Shown: positions 9,498 to 18,816 of the stretch, one piece after another
How positions within the stretch are numbered: the first letter of the stretch is position 1
Layout: the number at the start of each line of letters is the position of its first letter
Source: a virus
Lineage: Duplodnaviria; Caudoviricetes
Virus record (IMG/VR): IMGVR_UViG_3300045580_000208
Coordinates: 1 to 31,882 of that record
Reading direction: 5' to 3' (one strand)
DNA length: 31,882 nucleotides
The notes under the pieces: generated by a model
Told to the model about the DNA's origin: nothing
Database searches by the model: none
Seen by the model: the letters and a program-made list of their open reading frames with translations, nothing else
Made by a program: the position numbers and the translations under genes

Positions 9498-9742
9498 GCT
9501 TTGTTCATCAGCCTGGACAGGCGCACGCTGAGTGCCCAAATCTCATGGTCGCTGAGTCCTTCGTGGTTGTCCATCGCCGCCTTCATCGCCTCGATCACCG
9601 CCTCCTTCGGGGGGTTCTCGTCGCCCTTCGTCTTGTCGAGCAGGATGCTCGTGTAGACGAGGGAGTCGATGCGGTACTCCCGCTCTCCCTTCGCGAAGGT
9701 GAAGTTCCACTCGTCGTTGCCGATCTCGATTCGTTGTGGCAT
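9485..9742 (-). CDS. Tail assembly chaperone (lambda gpG-like)
   Basis: 85 aa, directly after the tail tube gene, AAGGA RBS. Ends ...KAGNA with a slippery heptamer one codon before the TAA. Confidence 0.8.
   Translation of the reverse strand: MPQRIEIGNDEWNFTFAKGEREYRIDSLVYTSILLDKTKGDENPPKEAVIEAMKAAMDNHEGLSDHEIWALSVRLSRLMNKAGNA
9491..9497 (-). other. Programmed -1 ribosomal frameshift site G GGA AAC
   Basis: The minus strand reads GCG GGA AAC GCC TAA. This is an X XXY YYZ heptamer in the correct phase, analogous to lambda G-T GGGAAAG. Confidence 0.85.
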
Positions 9743-9752
9743 CTCTCGTCCT

Positions 9753-10292
9753 TTATGAACCCTTTGTGGTTGTCGTCAAGGGCGTGTTCGTTCCGTCAGC
9801 CACGCTCGTGAACGAGAGCGCGATGCGCTTGACGGTGTTTCCCATGTCCATGTACTCGGGTCCCGCGCTCAACATGCAGTTGAACCTGTAGACCGTCTCT
9901 CCGGCGCGGTCAGGCTCGACCATGATCGTGACCACGCGGGTTCCGCTCGTCACGACCACTCCGCCGACCGTGGCTTCCTCGCCTTCATCCGTGATGATGG
10001 GGTTGTTCACGATTCCCTGCCTGCACTTCTTCAGGAGCTTGTTGAGCTCGCCCTGGTCCCACGAGACCATCGTGAAGTCGATCGACCACGTCGTGCCGGC
10101 GAGCACCGCCTCCGCGATCATGTCGCCGAGGTCGCTTCGCGAGAACGTGCGGTAGTGGTCGCGGCCCGTGATGCGGACGAGATCCTCGTTGTCGGTTCGA
10201 CCGAGCTCGGAGAGGTTGGATCCGCTCTGGTTCGTGCCAGCGCCCCAGTAGATCCTTGTTGGTCCGTTTACATGAAAGTCGCCTGCGGCCAT
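9753..10292 (-). CDS. Tail tube (major tail) protein
   Basis: 179 aa, beta-rich, ELGRT..LVRIT motif. Lies between the neck gene and the chaperone. GGAG RBS. Confidence 0.7.
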   Translation of the reverse strand: MAAGDFHVNGPTRIYWGAGTNQSGSNLSELGRTDNEDLVRITGRDHYRTFSRSDLGDMIAEAVLAGTTWSIDFTMVSWDQGELNKLLKKCRQGIVNNPIITDEGEEATVGGVVVTSGTRVVTIMVEPDRAGETVYRFNCMLSAGPEYMDMGNTVKRIALSFTSVADGTNTPLTTTTKGS

Positions 10293-10293
10293 G

Positions 10294-10815
10294 TCATGCT
10301 CCAGCGATGCGGTCCATCGCGTTTTTTACGATATCGTTCATGTCATCCCTCGAGATGTCGTTCCACGGTCTTGAGGGGACCCTCACCTTCTTCTTGACGA
10401 CGAAGTCGACGCCCTCAGTCAGCTCGGCGAAGTTGCGCATACTGCGGATGCCCTTCGTGCGACCGAGATACACGTTTCTGAACTCCCCGCCTCGCGCCTG
10501 CTCGGCTCCATAGTCATTCGACAGGATATCGACGGTGAACTGCACTCCGCCATTGCCAAGCGATGACATTTCAACATTGCCGACCTTCACGGACTGGTAC
10601 AGGTTCCCCGTGTCAAGGAGCGGCTTGTCCGCGTTCGTCCTGTCCGCATCGAACGGGATGAAATTGCTGTCCCAGATCGCGAGCGGCTCGAGCCGAACGC
10701 GGTTTCCCCCCTGCGCGCCCTCGCTGCGCTCCAGGTTACGGCGCAGCGCCTCCGCAACGTCGTTTGACACAGTTGCGACGATCGAGCGGATCATGGCAAG
10801 CTTGCGCGGAGTCAC
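10294..10815 (-). CDS. Virion morphogenesis / neck protein (Mu gpG-like)
   Basis: KPLLDTGNLYQSV, YGAEQARGG and VPSRPW motifs. Start set at GTG 10815 (GTGA overlap); ATG 10794 is an alternative. Confidence 0.75.
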   Translation of the reverse strand: MTPRKLAMIRSIVATVSNDVAEALRRNLERSEGAQGGNRVRLEPLAIWDSNFIPFDADRTNADKPLLDTGNLYQSVKVGNVEMSSLGNGGVQFTVDILSNDYGAEQARGGEFRNVYLGRTKGIRSMRNFAELTEGVDFVVKKKVRVPSRPWNDISRDDMNDIVKNAMDRIAGA

Positions 10816-11303
10816 GATGCCGTGTACTTCCTTCTCGGGAAGAACTCGCTGTCGGCGACCATCCCGAGGTTGCCGCGCTGGACCTGGCTGATGACCGACA
10901 GCATCGGCTTCGATGCGTCGATGTTCGCCGCGACGGGGAACACCCTGCCGCCGTCGCGCAGGTCGAGCAGCATCGCGTTCGCCTTGTCGATCCTGTCCTT
11001 GATGGCATCTCCGAAAGGACCGCCACGGCGCGCGAGCAGGATGCCTAGCGCCAGGTCGCACACGACGCCGATCAGGCTCCAGTTCGCCGACGATTGGAGC
11101 GCATCAAGGTCGGACTCGTTGTACACGCCGCCACGGAGCGCATAGGTCTGCACCTCGTGCGATGCCCGGGTGAGCGCCGTGACGATGATCGTGTTCGTGT
11201 TGTCGACGACGCCGTCCGCCTCCGCGTCGATCCCGAGCTCCGAGAGGAGCCGCTGGTCGACCGCAAGGATGAACTGCGCCACGGTCGCGTATGGAACGGG
11301 CAT
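10812..11303 (-). CDS. Head-tail adaptor, Mu gp36/DUF1320-like
   Basis: 163 aa: YATVAQF, ALTRASHEVQTY, VCDLALGILLARR, LLDLRDG. Follows the capsid gene. GGAGG RBS. Confidence 0.8.
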   Translation of the reverse strand: MPVPYATVAQFILAVDQRLLSELGIDAEADGVVDNTNTIIVTALTRASHEVQTYALRGGVYNESDLDALQSSANWSLIGVVCDLALGILLARRGGPFGDAIKDRIDKANAMLLDLRDGGRVFPVAANIDASKPMLSVISQVQRGNLGMVADSEFFPRRKYTAS

Positions 11304-11317
11304 GTGCCCTCCGATAA

Positions 11318-11351
11318 GGGGAGGGATGGGTTCTTAGGCCCACCCCTCCCC
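11318..11351 (-). terminator. Stem-loop downstream of the major capsid gene (attenuator/terminator)
   Basis: Minus strand GGGGAGGGGTGGG-CCTAAGAA-CCCATCCCTCCCC: 13-bp stem with one G-U pair, but only a short U tail. Confidence 0.6.
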
Positions 11352-11377
11352 CCACGAAAAGAGAGAGATCGTCCCGA

Positions 11378-12430
11378 TCAGGCGAAGATGTTCGCGACGT
11401 AGACGCCGGCGAGCGGAGCGGTCAGCTCGGGGACGCTGTTGTCCACGATGCTGCCGACCGTGCGGCGGTTCTTCGGGTCGTCGAAGGTCTCGACCGTCAT
11501 GTCCTCGTAGACGAAGTTGGTGATGGTCGCGAAGTTCGACCCACCCTCGACGCCGACGAGACCCTGCGGACGGGACAGGAAGAGGACCTTGCCATCGCCG
11601 AGGATGTAGTCCGCCGCGCGGGTCGCGCCCTTCTGGGTCGAGACCTTGACGGCGTCCTCGATGACGATGTCGCCGATGCCGAACAGCGCGGGAGCGAGGC
11701 CGTAGCGGGAGAAGTTGCCTTCGCCCTTCATCAGGTCAACGCCCTGCGTGTACTTGATGAGGTCCTTCATTTCCGCAGTGCGCGACAGGCGGAAGGCCGT
11801 CTTGGGCGACATGACGCAGATGATGTCGCTCATCTGGATCGCGCCGCCGGTGTTGACCATCAGCTTCTCGGTCGCGGTCTGGAAGAGACGCGCGGCGTAG
11901 GGCTTGTCGGTCGCGTTGCCGTCCTCGACGCCGTTCGTCGTGGTGGCCGTTCCAAAGGCCAGAGCATCGAAGTCGGCGAAGTAGTTGACGTTGCTCGTCC
12001 AGTTCGACGTGTTGGTCAGCACGTTGAGCACGCGCTGCGTGCGGAGCGTCATCAGCTGGGCTGCGCGGCTGCGGGCGTGCTGCGCCACGATGTCCCATGC
12101 GGCGACCTTCGCGGTCTCGTAGGGGATGTGGAAGCCGCGCTCGAACCGCTTGGTCGTGAACTGCGCGAACTCGAAGTCGTTGTTCACGCCGGTCGGGCGG
12201 TCCTCGCCGTATGCCCAGCGGAAGTCGTTCTCATCGACCACGCGGACGGCCTCGTCCGAGTTGATCTTGAGGTAGTAGCCGCTGACGGTCGAGACAGGGA
12301 CGAGCTTGGTGTAGCGGTTCAGCGCGAACGACTTGACGTTCCGCGTGAACTCGGTCTGGATGAGGCCGGTCGCCTCGCTGAAGGTGGGCACGAACGTATT
12401 CAGTCCGCCACCGATGTTTGCATCTGCCAT
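11378..12430 (-). CDS. Major capsid protein
   Basis: 350 aa, after the scaffold and cement genes, strongly biased codons, GAGGT RBS, followed by a hairpin. Confidence 0.85.
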   Translation of the reverse strand: MADANIGGGLNTFVPTFSEATGLIQTEFTRNVKSFALNRYTKLVPVSTVSGYYLKINSDEAVRVVDENDFRWAYGEDRPTGVNNDFEFAQFTTKRFERGFHIPYETAKVAAWDIVAQHARSRAAQLMTLRTQRVLNVLTNTSNWTSNVNYFADFDALAFGTATTTNGVEDGNATDKPYAARLFQTATEKLMVNTGGAIQMSDIICVMSPKTAFRLSRTAEMKDLIKYTQGVDLMKGEGNFSRYGLAPALFGIGDIVIEDAVKVSTQKGATRAADYILGDGKVLFLSRPQGLVGVEGGSNFATITNFVYEDMTVETFDDPKNRRTVGSIVDNSVPELTAPLAGVYVANIFA

Positions 12431-12464
12431 GTGTGTTTACCTCGTTGGTTGGTGTGCGGACTGA

Positions 12465-12863
12465 TTAGGCCGTGGCGACCGCGTGCATCTTGTAGACGCG
12501 GATGATCTCGCTTGCTCCGCCGGCGTTCTCAAGGGCGATGCCGAAGGGGAACTGCGTGCCGACTGCGGTCTGCGCGCGACCGTTTGCGCTCGGGGCGACT
12601 CGCGCTCCTGCGGTGATCGCGGCAGCTGCCTCGACCAGGACGACGTTGCCGCCCTGGAGGTTGATCGGATCGCCTGCTGCGGCGTGAAGGTTGGTCACGC
12701 CGGTCGCAGGGAACGACTTGCTGGAGCCATCGGCAACGCCAACGGCGATGTTCGTGATGGCATCGCAGGTGATGCCCTGGTTTCGACCGCTGACGCGAAC
12801 GAAGCGGTATGCGGTGCAATCGCCGCTTGCGACGAGTGATGGAGTGTCAGAGTATGCGCTCAT
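12465..12863 (-). CDS. Capsid cement/decoration protein (DUF2190-like)
   Basis: 132 aa Ala/Gly-rich: YRFV, VLVEAAAAITAGARVAPSANGRA, GIALENAGGASEII. Confidence 0.8.
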   Translation of the reverse strand: MSAYSDTPSLVASGDCTAYRFVRVSGRNQGITCDAITNIAVGVADGSSKSFPATGVTNLHAAAGDPINLQGGNVVLVEAAAAITAGARVAPSANGRAQTAVGTQFPFGIALENAGGASEIIRVYKMHAVATA

Positions 12864-12883
12864 GTCTGGAGCCTTCCTTTAGA

Positions 12884-13486
12884 TCAGACGCCGCTCTTCG
12901 CGCGCGCCATGAGGGTCTTGAACTTCTCGGAATCGCCAGCCGCCTCCGCGACGAGCTTGGCAACGGTCTCACGGTCGATGCCCGACTGCGCGGGCTTGAC
13001 GCCGCTGCGCGGAGCAGCCGCAATGCGGGTGTTGATGGGGTCGCGGCGGAAGTTCTCGCGCCAGAACGCGATCTTGCGCTGCGGGTTCGACGAGGAGACG
13101 AGCTCCTCGATCATCTCGTCGCGGCAGCAGTCGACTGCGAAGCCATCGGCGGCCATCGAGTCGAGCTCGCGCGAGAAACGCTCCTTCGCCAGCTCGGTCT
13201 CGAGCGCGGCGATGCGCTTCTCGAACTTCTCCTTCATGCGGGCGAACTCGAGCTTGTCGCCGGACTTGGAGTGCTTGGACTTCATGGCCTTCGCCTTGTC
13301 GTCCTCCTTCTCCTCCTCATCCTCGTCCTCATCGCCCTCGTGGGAGTCGATGTCGACGTGGGTCTGGTTGTACATCTTCCGGTTCTCTTCCTTGAGGCGC
13401 GCGATCTCCGCGTCCTTCTCGGCGATGAGCTTGGACATCTCATCCTTCTCGTCCTTCTTCTCGTCTGGCTTGGCTTCGTCAGCCAT
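12884..13486 (-). CDS. Nested in-frame scaffolding protein (internal start)
   Basis: AAGGAG at 13498-13493 sits 6 nt before ATG 13486 (MADEAKPDEKK), at the domain boundary. Confidence 0.6.
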   Translation of the reverse strand: MADEAKPDEKKDEKDEMSKLIAEKDAEIARLKEENRKMYNQTHVDIDSHEGDEDEDEEEKEDDKAKAMKSKHSKSGDKLEFARMKEKFEKRIAALETELAKERFSRELDSMAADGFAVDCCRDEMIEELVSSSNPQRKIAFWRENFRRDPINTRIAAAPRSGVKPAQSGIDRETVAKLVAEAAGDSEKFKTLMARAKSGV

Positions 13487-14053
13487 GTTGGACTCCTTCT
13501 TCTTCACGGCTGCGCCGGGTACGAACACGTTGCCCACCCCGGGCGCAGCCTCGAAGCAGGAGGAGCATTCAATCGCGAACACGGTCTTCTCACCCTGCTT
13601 GGAGAAGCGGGTGTCTGGAAGCGGACGGCGCGGGGTGTCCCGACCGAGCAGCGCAACCTCGCTCATGTGGTCGTCGTTCCAGATCTCCGCCGAGCGGCGG
13701 GGATACCTGTTCGACGCGATGTACGAGTCGAAGTCGCCCCGCGACATCTCCACGTCGCCGACGACGAAGGGAACGCCGTTGCGCTCCTCGAGCTGCACGT
13801 CGAGGATCGCGCCCACGGCCTCCTTCGGCTCGGAGTGGTCCTCCTGGGCGTGCATGATGACGAGCCGAGGGTGCTGCCGGCGGCTGATGAACTGCCGGGT
13901 GCGGTCGACGATGCGCGCCACCTTGCGGCGGTCGAACCGCTTGATCTCCTCGTCGGAGCCGTCGTCGATGGTCGGATCGAAGCCGGAGAACAGCTCGAGC
14001 CGTCTGATGACGACCTTGTCCTCGGATTCGTCGATGTCGTGGGATCCCTGCAT
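12884..14053 (-). CDS. Prohead protease/scaffold protein (Mu gpI-like)
   Basis: Start corrected to ATG 14053 (MQGSHD). The N-terminal domain has VIMH, YPRRSAEI and VALLG..P motifs, and the C-terminus is an acidic coiled coil. Confidence 0.75.
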   Translation of the reverse strand: MQGSHDIDESEDKVVIRRLELFSGFDPTIDDGSDEEIKRFDRRKVARIVDRTRQFISRRQHPRLVIMHAQEDHSEPKEAVGAILDVQLEERNGVPFVVGDVEMSRGDFDSYIASNRYPRRSAEIWNDDHMSEVALLGRDTPRRPLPDTRFSKQGEKTVFAIECSSCFEAAPGVGNVFVPGAAVKKKESNMADEAKPDEKKDEKDEMSKLIAEKDAEIARLKEENRKMYNQTHVDIDSHEGDEDEDEEEKEDDKAKAMKSKHSKSGDKLEFARMKEKFEKRIAALETELAKERFSRELDSMAADGFAVDCCRDEMIEELVSSSNPQRKIAFWRENFRRDPINTRIAAAPRSGVKPAQSGIDRETVAKLVAEAAGDSEKFKTLMARAKSGV

Positions 14054-14114
14054 CCGTGCGTATAACGCATCAGAGGCAAGGGAAAAGCAAATAGATAATG
14101 CAAGATAGACTGCG

Positions 14115-14138
14115 ATTAGTGCCGATAAGCGCACTAAT
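14115..14138. promoter_or_regulatory. Inverted repeat in the AT-rich intergenic region upstream of the protease/capsid genes
   Basis: ATTAGTGC-CGATAAGC-GCACTAAT, within an AT-rich 104-bp gap (14054-14157). Confidence 0.5.
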
Positions 14139-14157
14139 ATCAATCATTCATCTAACA

Positions 14158-15051
14158 TCATCGGAAACGCGGGTCGGGGTACTGTCCCCGGTCGATGTAG
14201 CCCTGCCTGTCGCCGTTGTACGCCCTGATGGCGGCGAAGTCGACCTGTCCGGCGGAGTCGACGAGCCCGAGGGTCTCGGCGCGCTCGCGGCTGACGGGGA
14301 ACAGGCTCGCTCGGCAGTTGTGACCGCATGGGGGAACGCAGTCCTGACGAACGATCTCCTCCATCGTGTTGATGTAGCCGCTGACCTGCCAGTGGTAGCC
14401 GTCGCCGGGGAAGTCGCCTGCCGGGTTGCCGCGCGTCCTGCGGTCCATGATCTCCCTGATCTCCCAGAGCGGGAACCGACGCCTCGGAGCCGGCGCGTCA
14501 GGACGGATCTCCGCATCGGGCGCGGAGATTCCAGCCTCGGCGATGCCGACGTTGTACGAACGGCGCGCCTCGTCGAGCGCAGGCAGCACCGACCGTCTCG
14601 GGATCGTCCTGACAAGCGCCTGCATGTCCGCATCCTGCCCGAGGATCTCGAGCCCCGTGCGCGCCTGCGCGATCGGGATGTCGAACCGAGCCGCGCGCCT
14701 CGAGATCGCCGCAGGGACGCCCCGGGGAATCTGGCGCATGTTGGCGTCGTCCTCGTCGAAGAAGAGCAGGTAGATCGCGGCGACCATGTCCTCGCCGTGA
14801 CGCGCCGACGCCGCCGCGTACCTCGGCTCGACCTCCTGCATCGCGCGCATGGTGAGCCGACGTGACGCCTCGAGGAAGCGGGCGATGTCGCCACCGCCCG
14901 CCCCCTCGGGGAGATACAGCCTGCTTCCGCTGTCCCATGCGGATGCAAGCGCATCGCCGATCTCGCGCGCCATGCCGTCCCAGCGACGGCGCGCAAGCCC
15001 GCGCTTCCATGCGGCATCCATCATGCGCTCGATGGCGGACATCGAGCTCAC
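14158..15051 (-). CDS. Head morphogenesis protein (Mu gpF / SPP1 gp7-like)
   Basis: 297 aa, after the portal. Motifs DRRTR, H, PPCGHNCRASL. GTGA overlap. Confidence 0.8.
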   Translation of the reverse strand: MSSMSAIERMMDAAWKRGLARRRWDGMAREIGDALASAWDSGSRLYLPEGAGGGDIARFLEASRRLTMRAMQEVEPRYAAASARHGEDMVAAIYLLFFDEDDANMRQIPRGVPAAISRRAARFDIPIAQARTGLEILGQDADMQALVRTIPRRSVLPALDEARRSYNVGIAEAGISAPDAEIRPDAPAPRRRFPLWEIREIMDRRTRGNPAGDFPGDGYHWQVSGYINTMEEIVRQDCVPPCGHNCRASLFPVSRERAETLGLVDSAGQVDFAAIRAYNGDRQGYIDRGQYPDPRFR

Positions 15052-17357
15052 TGGTCGTCCTCCTCCTGGGAGTCGAAGTCAAACGGACCCTTGAGTCCGT
15101 CGACCTTGCCGTTCTTCGTCTTCTCGGCGTCGATGCGGGCGACGATTCGCTTCGCCCACGTCCATCCCGCGTCACCGCCCCAGCCGTTCCATGCCTGCCA
15201 GCCCTTGCCCTGCTCGTTCCACGTCTCGCCCTTCTTGTCCGACTGATGGCGGTCGAAGTACCGAACCATGCGGCGGACGGTCTCCTCGGACAGTCGCTTC
15301 CTGTTGGCGAGGTCGCGAGCGCGCGCGAGTCCGACTGCGGTCATGCCGCGCTCGCTCTCGGGCTTGGTCTCGCGGACATCGAGGGCACGGCGCGCGTTCG
15401 ACGCGACCTTCTCAGGCGGCAGGTATCCCTCCGCCTCGTCGAACGTCTCCTTCTCGCCGACCTTCTTCTCCTCGCGGTCGAAGGTGTATGTGTCGTCCTT
15501 GACGACATCTCCGCCGCGCTCGAGCATCGAGTCGCGGGCGGCGATGCGCACCGCCTGCTCGACGCTCAAGCCCTGCCTGACGAGGTCGCCGGCGCGGTCC
15601 TTGCGGGATTCCGTGTCGAGAGCCTTCGGCGGACGGCCATGCTCGCTCTTCGATTCGCCGCACATCGAGTAGGCGATCGCCCACGCCTGGTCGTCCGAGT
15701 ATCCCTCGTCGACCAGCACGCGGTGCTTCTCGATGACGCAGTCGCCGACGCCCTTCTCGTTCCTCTTCTTCGCCTTCTTCGTCGGGCTCTTTCGGGTCTC
15801 GGGATAGTCGTGCTTGCCTGCCGCGCAGTTGTTCGCGTCGGTGAAGCCGCCGAACCCGTTGCCGCAGTTCCCCTTCGGCTTCCTGCGTCGTCGGCGCACC
15901 GCCTCGCGGTTCAGCTCGCCTGTAGTCATCCTCGAGAACACGTCCTTCGCGTTCAGGATCGGTCCGTCGTCGTCGCCTCCATCGGGCGAGAGGTCGGGCA
16001 GGATGTCCTTGACCTTGCCGGTGAGCACGGGCTCGTCCACGTCGGGGATCGCGAGCCCGAGCATCTTGCGGGTCTCAGCCTCGCTGACAGTGCCGCCGAG
16101 CTCATTGACGAAGATGCGCACGGCCTCGAGCTTCTTCTCCATGTCGACCGACTCGATCGAGAACTCGAAGCGCGGGTAGTCCTCCTGCGGACCGAAGTTC
16201 ATGTCGACGATCTCGCGCACGAACTGGTGCGTGATCGTCTCGGCGAGTCCGTCCGCAACGAACTTCATCTGCCGCGTGAACGTCTTCGAGTGCTCCTTGC
16301 CGACGCTCGAGCCGAGTCCCGTCGACACCGCCTCGCTCGTCGCGCTCTGCCCGACGATGAGCTCCTTGATGTTCTTGGCGAGCCACTCGGTCAGGTCGGC
16401 GAAGACCTGCGCGCGGGCCGCACCGGGCTCCTTGATCTCGATCTCGTAGTCCTTCTGCCCGGGAGTCGTGCGCGGGACGACCGCCGACACATCGCCGACG
16501 AGGTTCCGCAGGATCGTCTCCATCTCCTCCTTGCCGCCCTTCTGCGCCATCGGGTAGTAGCCGACGCGGATGCCCTGCGCGTAACGCTCGGCATACGTCG
16601 CCCAGTTCTGGAGCACGGCCTGCTTCAGGTTCCAGTACCACCAGACCACGTCGCGAACGCCCTTGCCCATGTACGAGTACGCCGTCTCGTATGGATCGTC
16701 GAAGTCCGGTCCCTGCACCATGTAGCGATGCCAGAGCACCGCGCGGCGCTCGATGTCGGTGAATAGGTGGACGCGGCTGTCGAAGCCCTGCTGGGTCTCG
16801 CCGCCCGTGCCGCCCATCTCGCCGTAGTAGCGCGGACCGACCTTGATGCCGGGAGTGCCGTCCTCGTGGACGATGAGCACGTCGGGGTTGAACGGGATCC
16901 AGTCGACGGGAACGATCTCGCCGCGCTCGGTGCGCGAGTAGATCACGTTCAGCGCGCTCGAGCCGTACCACACCGCATCTAGCAGGTGCCGAACCATGTC
17001 CGGGAATCGCGGGAGCCGGCGGAGGATCTCGGCGACACGCTCCGCCATCTCCTCCTGCATCGGATCCCTCGAGTCGAACGGCTTGACCTGCCACTCGAGC
17101 CCCGCGATCGACACCTGGAGCTGCGTGAGGGGACCCATGCAGTCTGGGTCGTTCCTCATCTGCTTCATCAGCTGCCGGTCCTTGCGGTACGACAGCGACG
17201 GATTGCGCAGGATCTTGGCGACGGACGCATAGAACGTCCGCTGCATCTCGATCGGCATCGCGACGGGGACCATCATCTTCGACGGAAGATCGCCCTCGAC
17301 CGCCTCGCTCGCCTTGCGCTTCCCACGACCACGACCCTTCTTCAGCATCTCATCCAT
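15048..17357 (-). CDS. Portal protein (DUF935/Mu gp29-like) with a long multi-module C-terminal extension
   Basis: LLDAVWYGSS, NWATYAERY, IKELIVGQSAT, QFVREIVDMNFG..YPRFEF. Directly after TerL. Confidence 0.85.
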   Translation of the reverse strand: MDEMLKKGRGRGKRKASEAVEGDLPSKMMVPVAMPIEMQRTFYASVAKILRNPSLSYRKDRQLMKQMRNDPDCMGPLTQLQVSIAGLEWQVKPFDSRDPMQEEMAERVAEILRRLPRFPDMVRHLLDAVWYGSSALNVIYSRTERGEIVPVDWIPFNPDVLIVHEDGTPGIKVGPRYYGEMGGTGGETQQGFDSRVHLFTDIERRAVLWHRYMVQGPDFDDPYETAYSYMGKGVRDVVWWYWNLKQAVLQNWATYAERYAQGIRVGYYPMAQKGGKEEMETILRNLVGDVSAVVPRTTPGQKDYEIEIKEPGAARAQVFADLTEWLAKNIKELIVGQSATSEAVSTGLGSSVGKEHSKTFTRQMKFVADGLAETITHQFVREIVDMNFGPQEDYPRFEFSIESVDMEKKLEAVRIFVNELGGTVSEAETRKMLGLAIPDVDEPVLTGKVKDILPDLSPDGGDDDGPILNAKDVFSRMTTGELNREAVRRRRRKPKGNCGNGFGGFTDANNCAAGKHDYPETRKSPTKKAKKRNEKGVGDCVIEKHRVLVDEGYSDDQAWAIAYSMCGESKSEHGRPPKALDTESRKDRAGDLVRQGLSVEQAVRIAARDSMLERGGDVVKDDTYTFDREEKKVGEKETFDEAEGYLPPEKVASNARRALDVRETKPESERGMTAVGLARARDLANRKRLSEETVRRMVRYFDRHQSDKKGETWNEQGKGWQAWNGWGGDAGWTWAKRIVARIDAEKTKNGKVDGLKGPFDFDSQEEDDQ

Positions 17358-18816
17358 AGAGCCTCCACAGCCTGTTCCTGCCGCTCGAAGTCAACTCGGG
17401 TCTCGCGGTGAGGCCATAACCAGCCCTCATGCAAGCCTCCATGAGGTCGACGACAGCGTCGACCGTGTCATCATGGTCCCCTGCGGGGAATGTCGTCATC
17501 TCCTCGTAGAGAGGCGCGTGCTCGCGGCAGACCTTGCCGCGCTCGCCACGGAGACGAAGCCTGCCCGTCTCGACGAACGACTGCTTCTCGCTCGCGCGCG
17601 AGAGCTTGTCCTTCGTTCGGACAAGCGGAACGACGCTCGCCGTCTCGCAGGCCATCGAGAGCTGCTGCACCAGTCCCGCCTGCGGTCCGTTGCCTTCCGC
17701 CATCAGCACGCTCACGCCCGAAGACCTGCATTCCCTCGCGCAGATCCGCAGCCATTCGGGGAACGGAACGCGCGCGCGCACGACCCTGTCGACGTAGCAG
17801 TAGCCGTCCATCGACCGATACCCCGTCACGAGCACCGAGTAGTCGGGATCGCCCTTCTTCACCGTCTTGTCGCTGAACGCGAAGTCGGTCGCGGCGATCG
17901 ACTGACCCGTCGCGCGCACGAACTCCGGCACGTTCCCCTCGTAGAACGCGCGGTCGAGCCACCAGTGGTCGAACACAAGCTGGTCGCTCGAGACAGGCGA
18001 GAGCTCGTAGCTCCTTGCATACGCGATCGGACCGAGCTGCTCCCGCAGGTCCTCGAGCATGTCCGACGTGAACACCTCCGGCCACGGACCCTCGTACCCG
18101 CGCACGGGACGGCGGAACAAGCCCCCGCGCTCCGAGTGATACGACCGCCACTCAGCCGTGATGTCGGCGACGTGATAGGGCGTGCCGAACTTCCAGATGC
18201 GCGGCCTCGGGCTCGACCTGTCGAGCGTCGGCATCCAGATCGTCTTCCAGCTCTCCTTCACCTGCTCGCGCAGGCTCGGCTGCTGGACCGCGTTCCGAAG
18301 ATCACACACGTCGTCGGCGATCAGCAGGTCCGATCGACCGCCGGCGCGACCGAACACGCTCACCGCCTCGACGGTCGGGTCGCGGATCAGCCTTGCGCGC
18401 TTCACCGTGAACGCCGTGTTGCCCCATGTCGAGTGGCCGTCAGGCTCGATCGACGGGAACACCTTGCGGTACTCCTCGCTCTCGATCAACTTGCGGATCA
18501 TCGTGACCGTCTTCGCCGCCTCGTCGTCCGTGCTCGCGACGATCTTGACGCGGATCTCGGGGTTCCTGCCGATCTCCCACGCCACCCGCGCAGCCATGTT
18601 GCTCGTCTTCCCGTGACCACGGGGCAGCTCCACATAGCAGTCCGTCGCCTCGTCGAGCATGAACTGGAGCTCGTCGTGCAGACGCCCGTTCTCCACCCCC
18701 AGCAGGTACGGACAGAACCAATGGGACGCCTCACGGCATCCCCACCAGAACTCCTCGAGAGTGAGCCCCTGTGCTTCCACAAACAGGAAGATAAACTTCC
18801 ACTTTCTCCTTACCAC
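17350..18816 (-). CDS. terL: Terminase large subunit
   Basis: Walker A LPRGHGKT, Walker B LLIADD, GTP coupling motif, nuclease ATDFA...DYS...HDDTVDA. Start uncertain (GTG 18780 is possible). Confidence 0.92.
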   Translation of the reverse strand: MVRRKWKFIFLFVEAQGLTLEEFWWGCREASHWFCPYLLGVENGRLHDELQFMLDEATDCYVELPRGHGKTSNMAARVAWEIGRNPEIRVKIVASTDDEAAKTVTMIRKLIESEEYRKVFPSIEPDGHSTWGNTAFTVKRARLIRDPTVEAVSVFGRAGGRSDLLIADDVCDLRNAVQQPSLREQVKESWKTIWMPTLDRSSPRPRIWKFGTPYHVADITAEWRSYHSERGGLFRRPVRGYEGPWPEVFTSDMLEDLREQLGPIAYARSYELSPVSSDQLVFDHWWLDRAFYEGNVPEFVRATGQSIAATDFAFSDKTVKKGDPDYSVLVTGYRSMDGYCYVDRVVRARVPFPEWLRICARECRSSGVSVLMAEGNGPQAGLVQQLSMACETASVVPLVRTKDKLSRASEKQSFVETGRLRLRGERGKVCREHAPLYEEMTTFPAGDHDDTVDAVVDLMEACMRAGYGLTARPELTSSGRNRLWRLYG

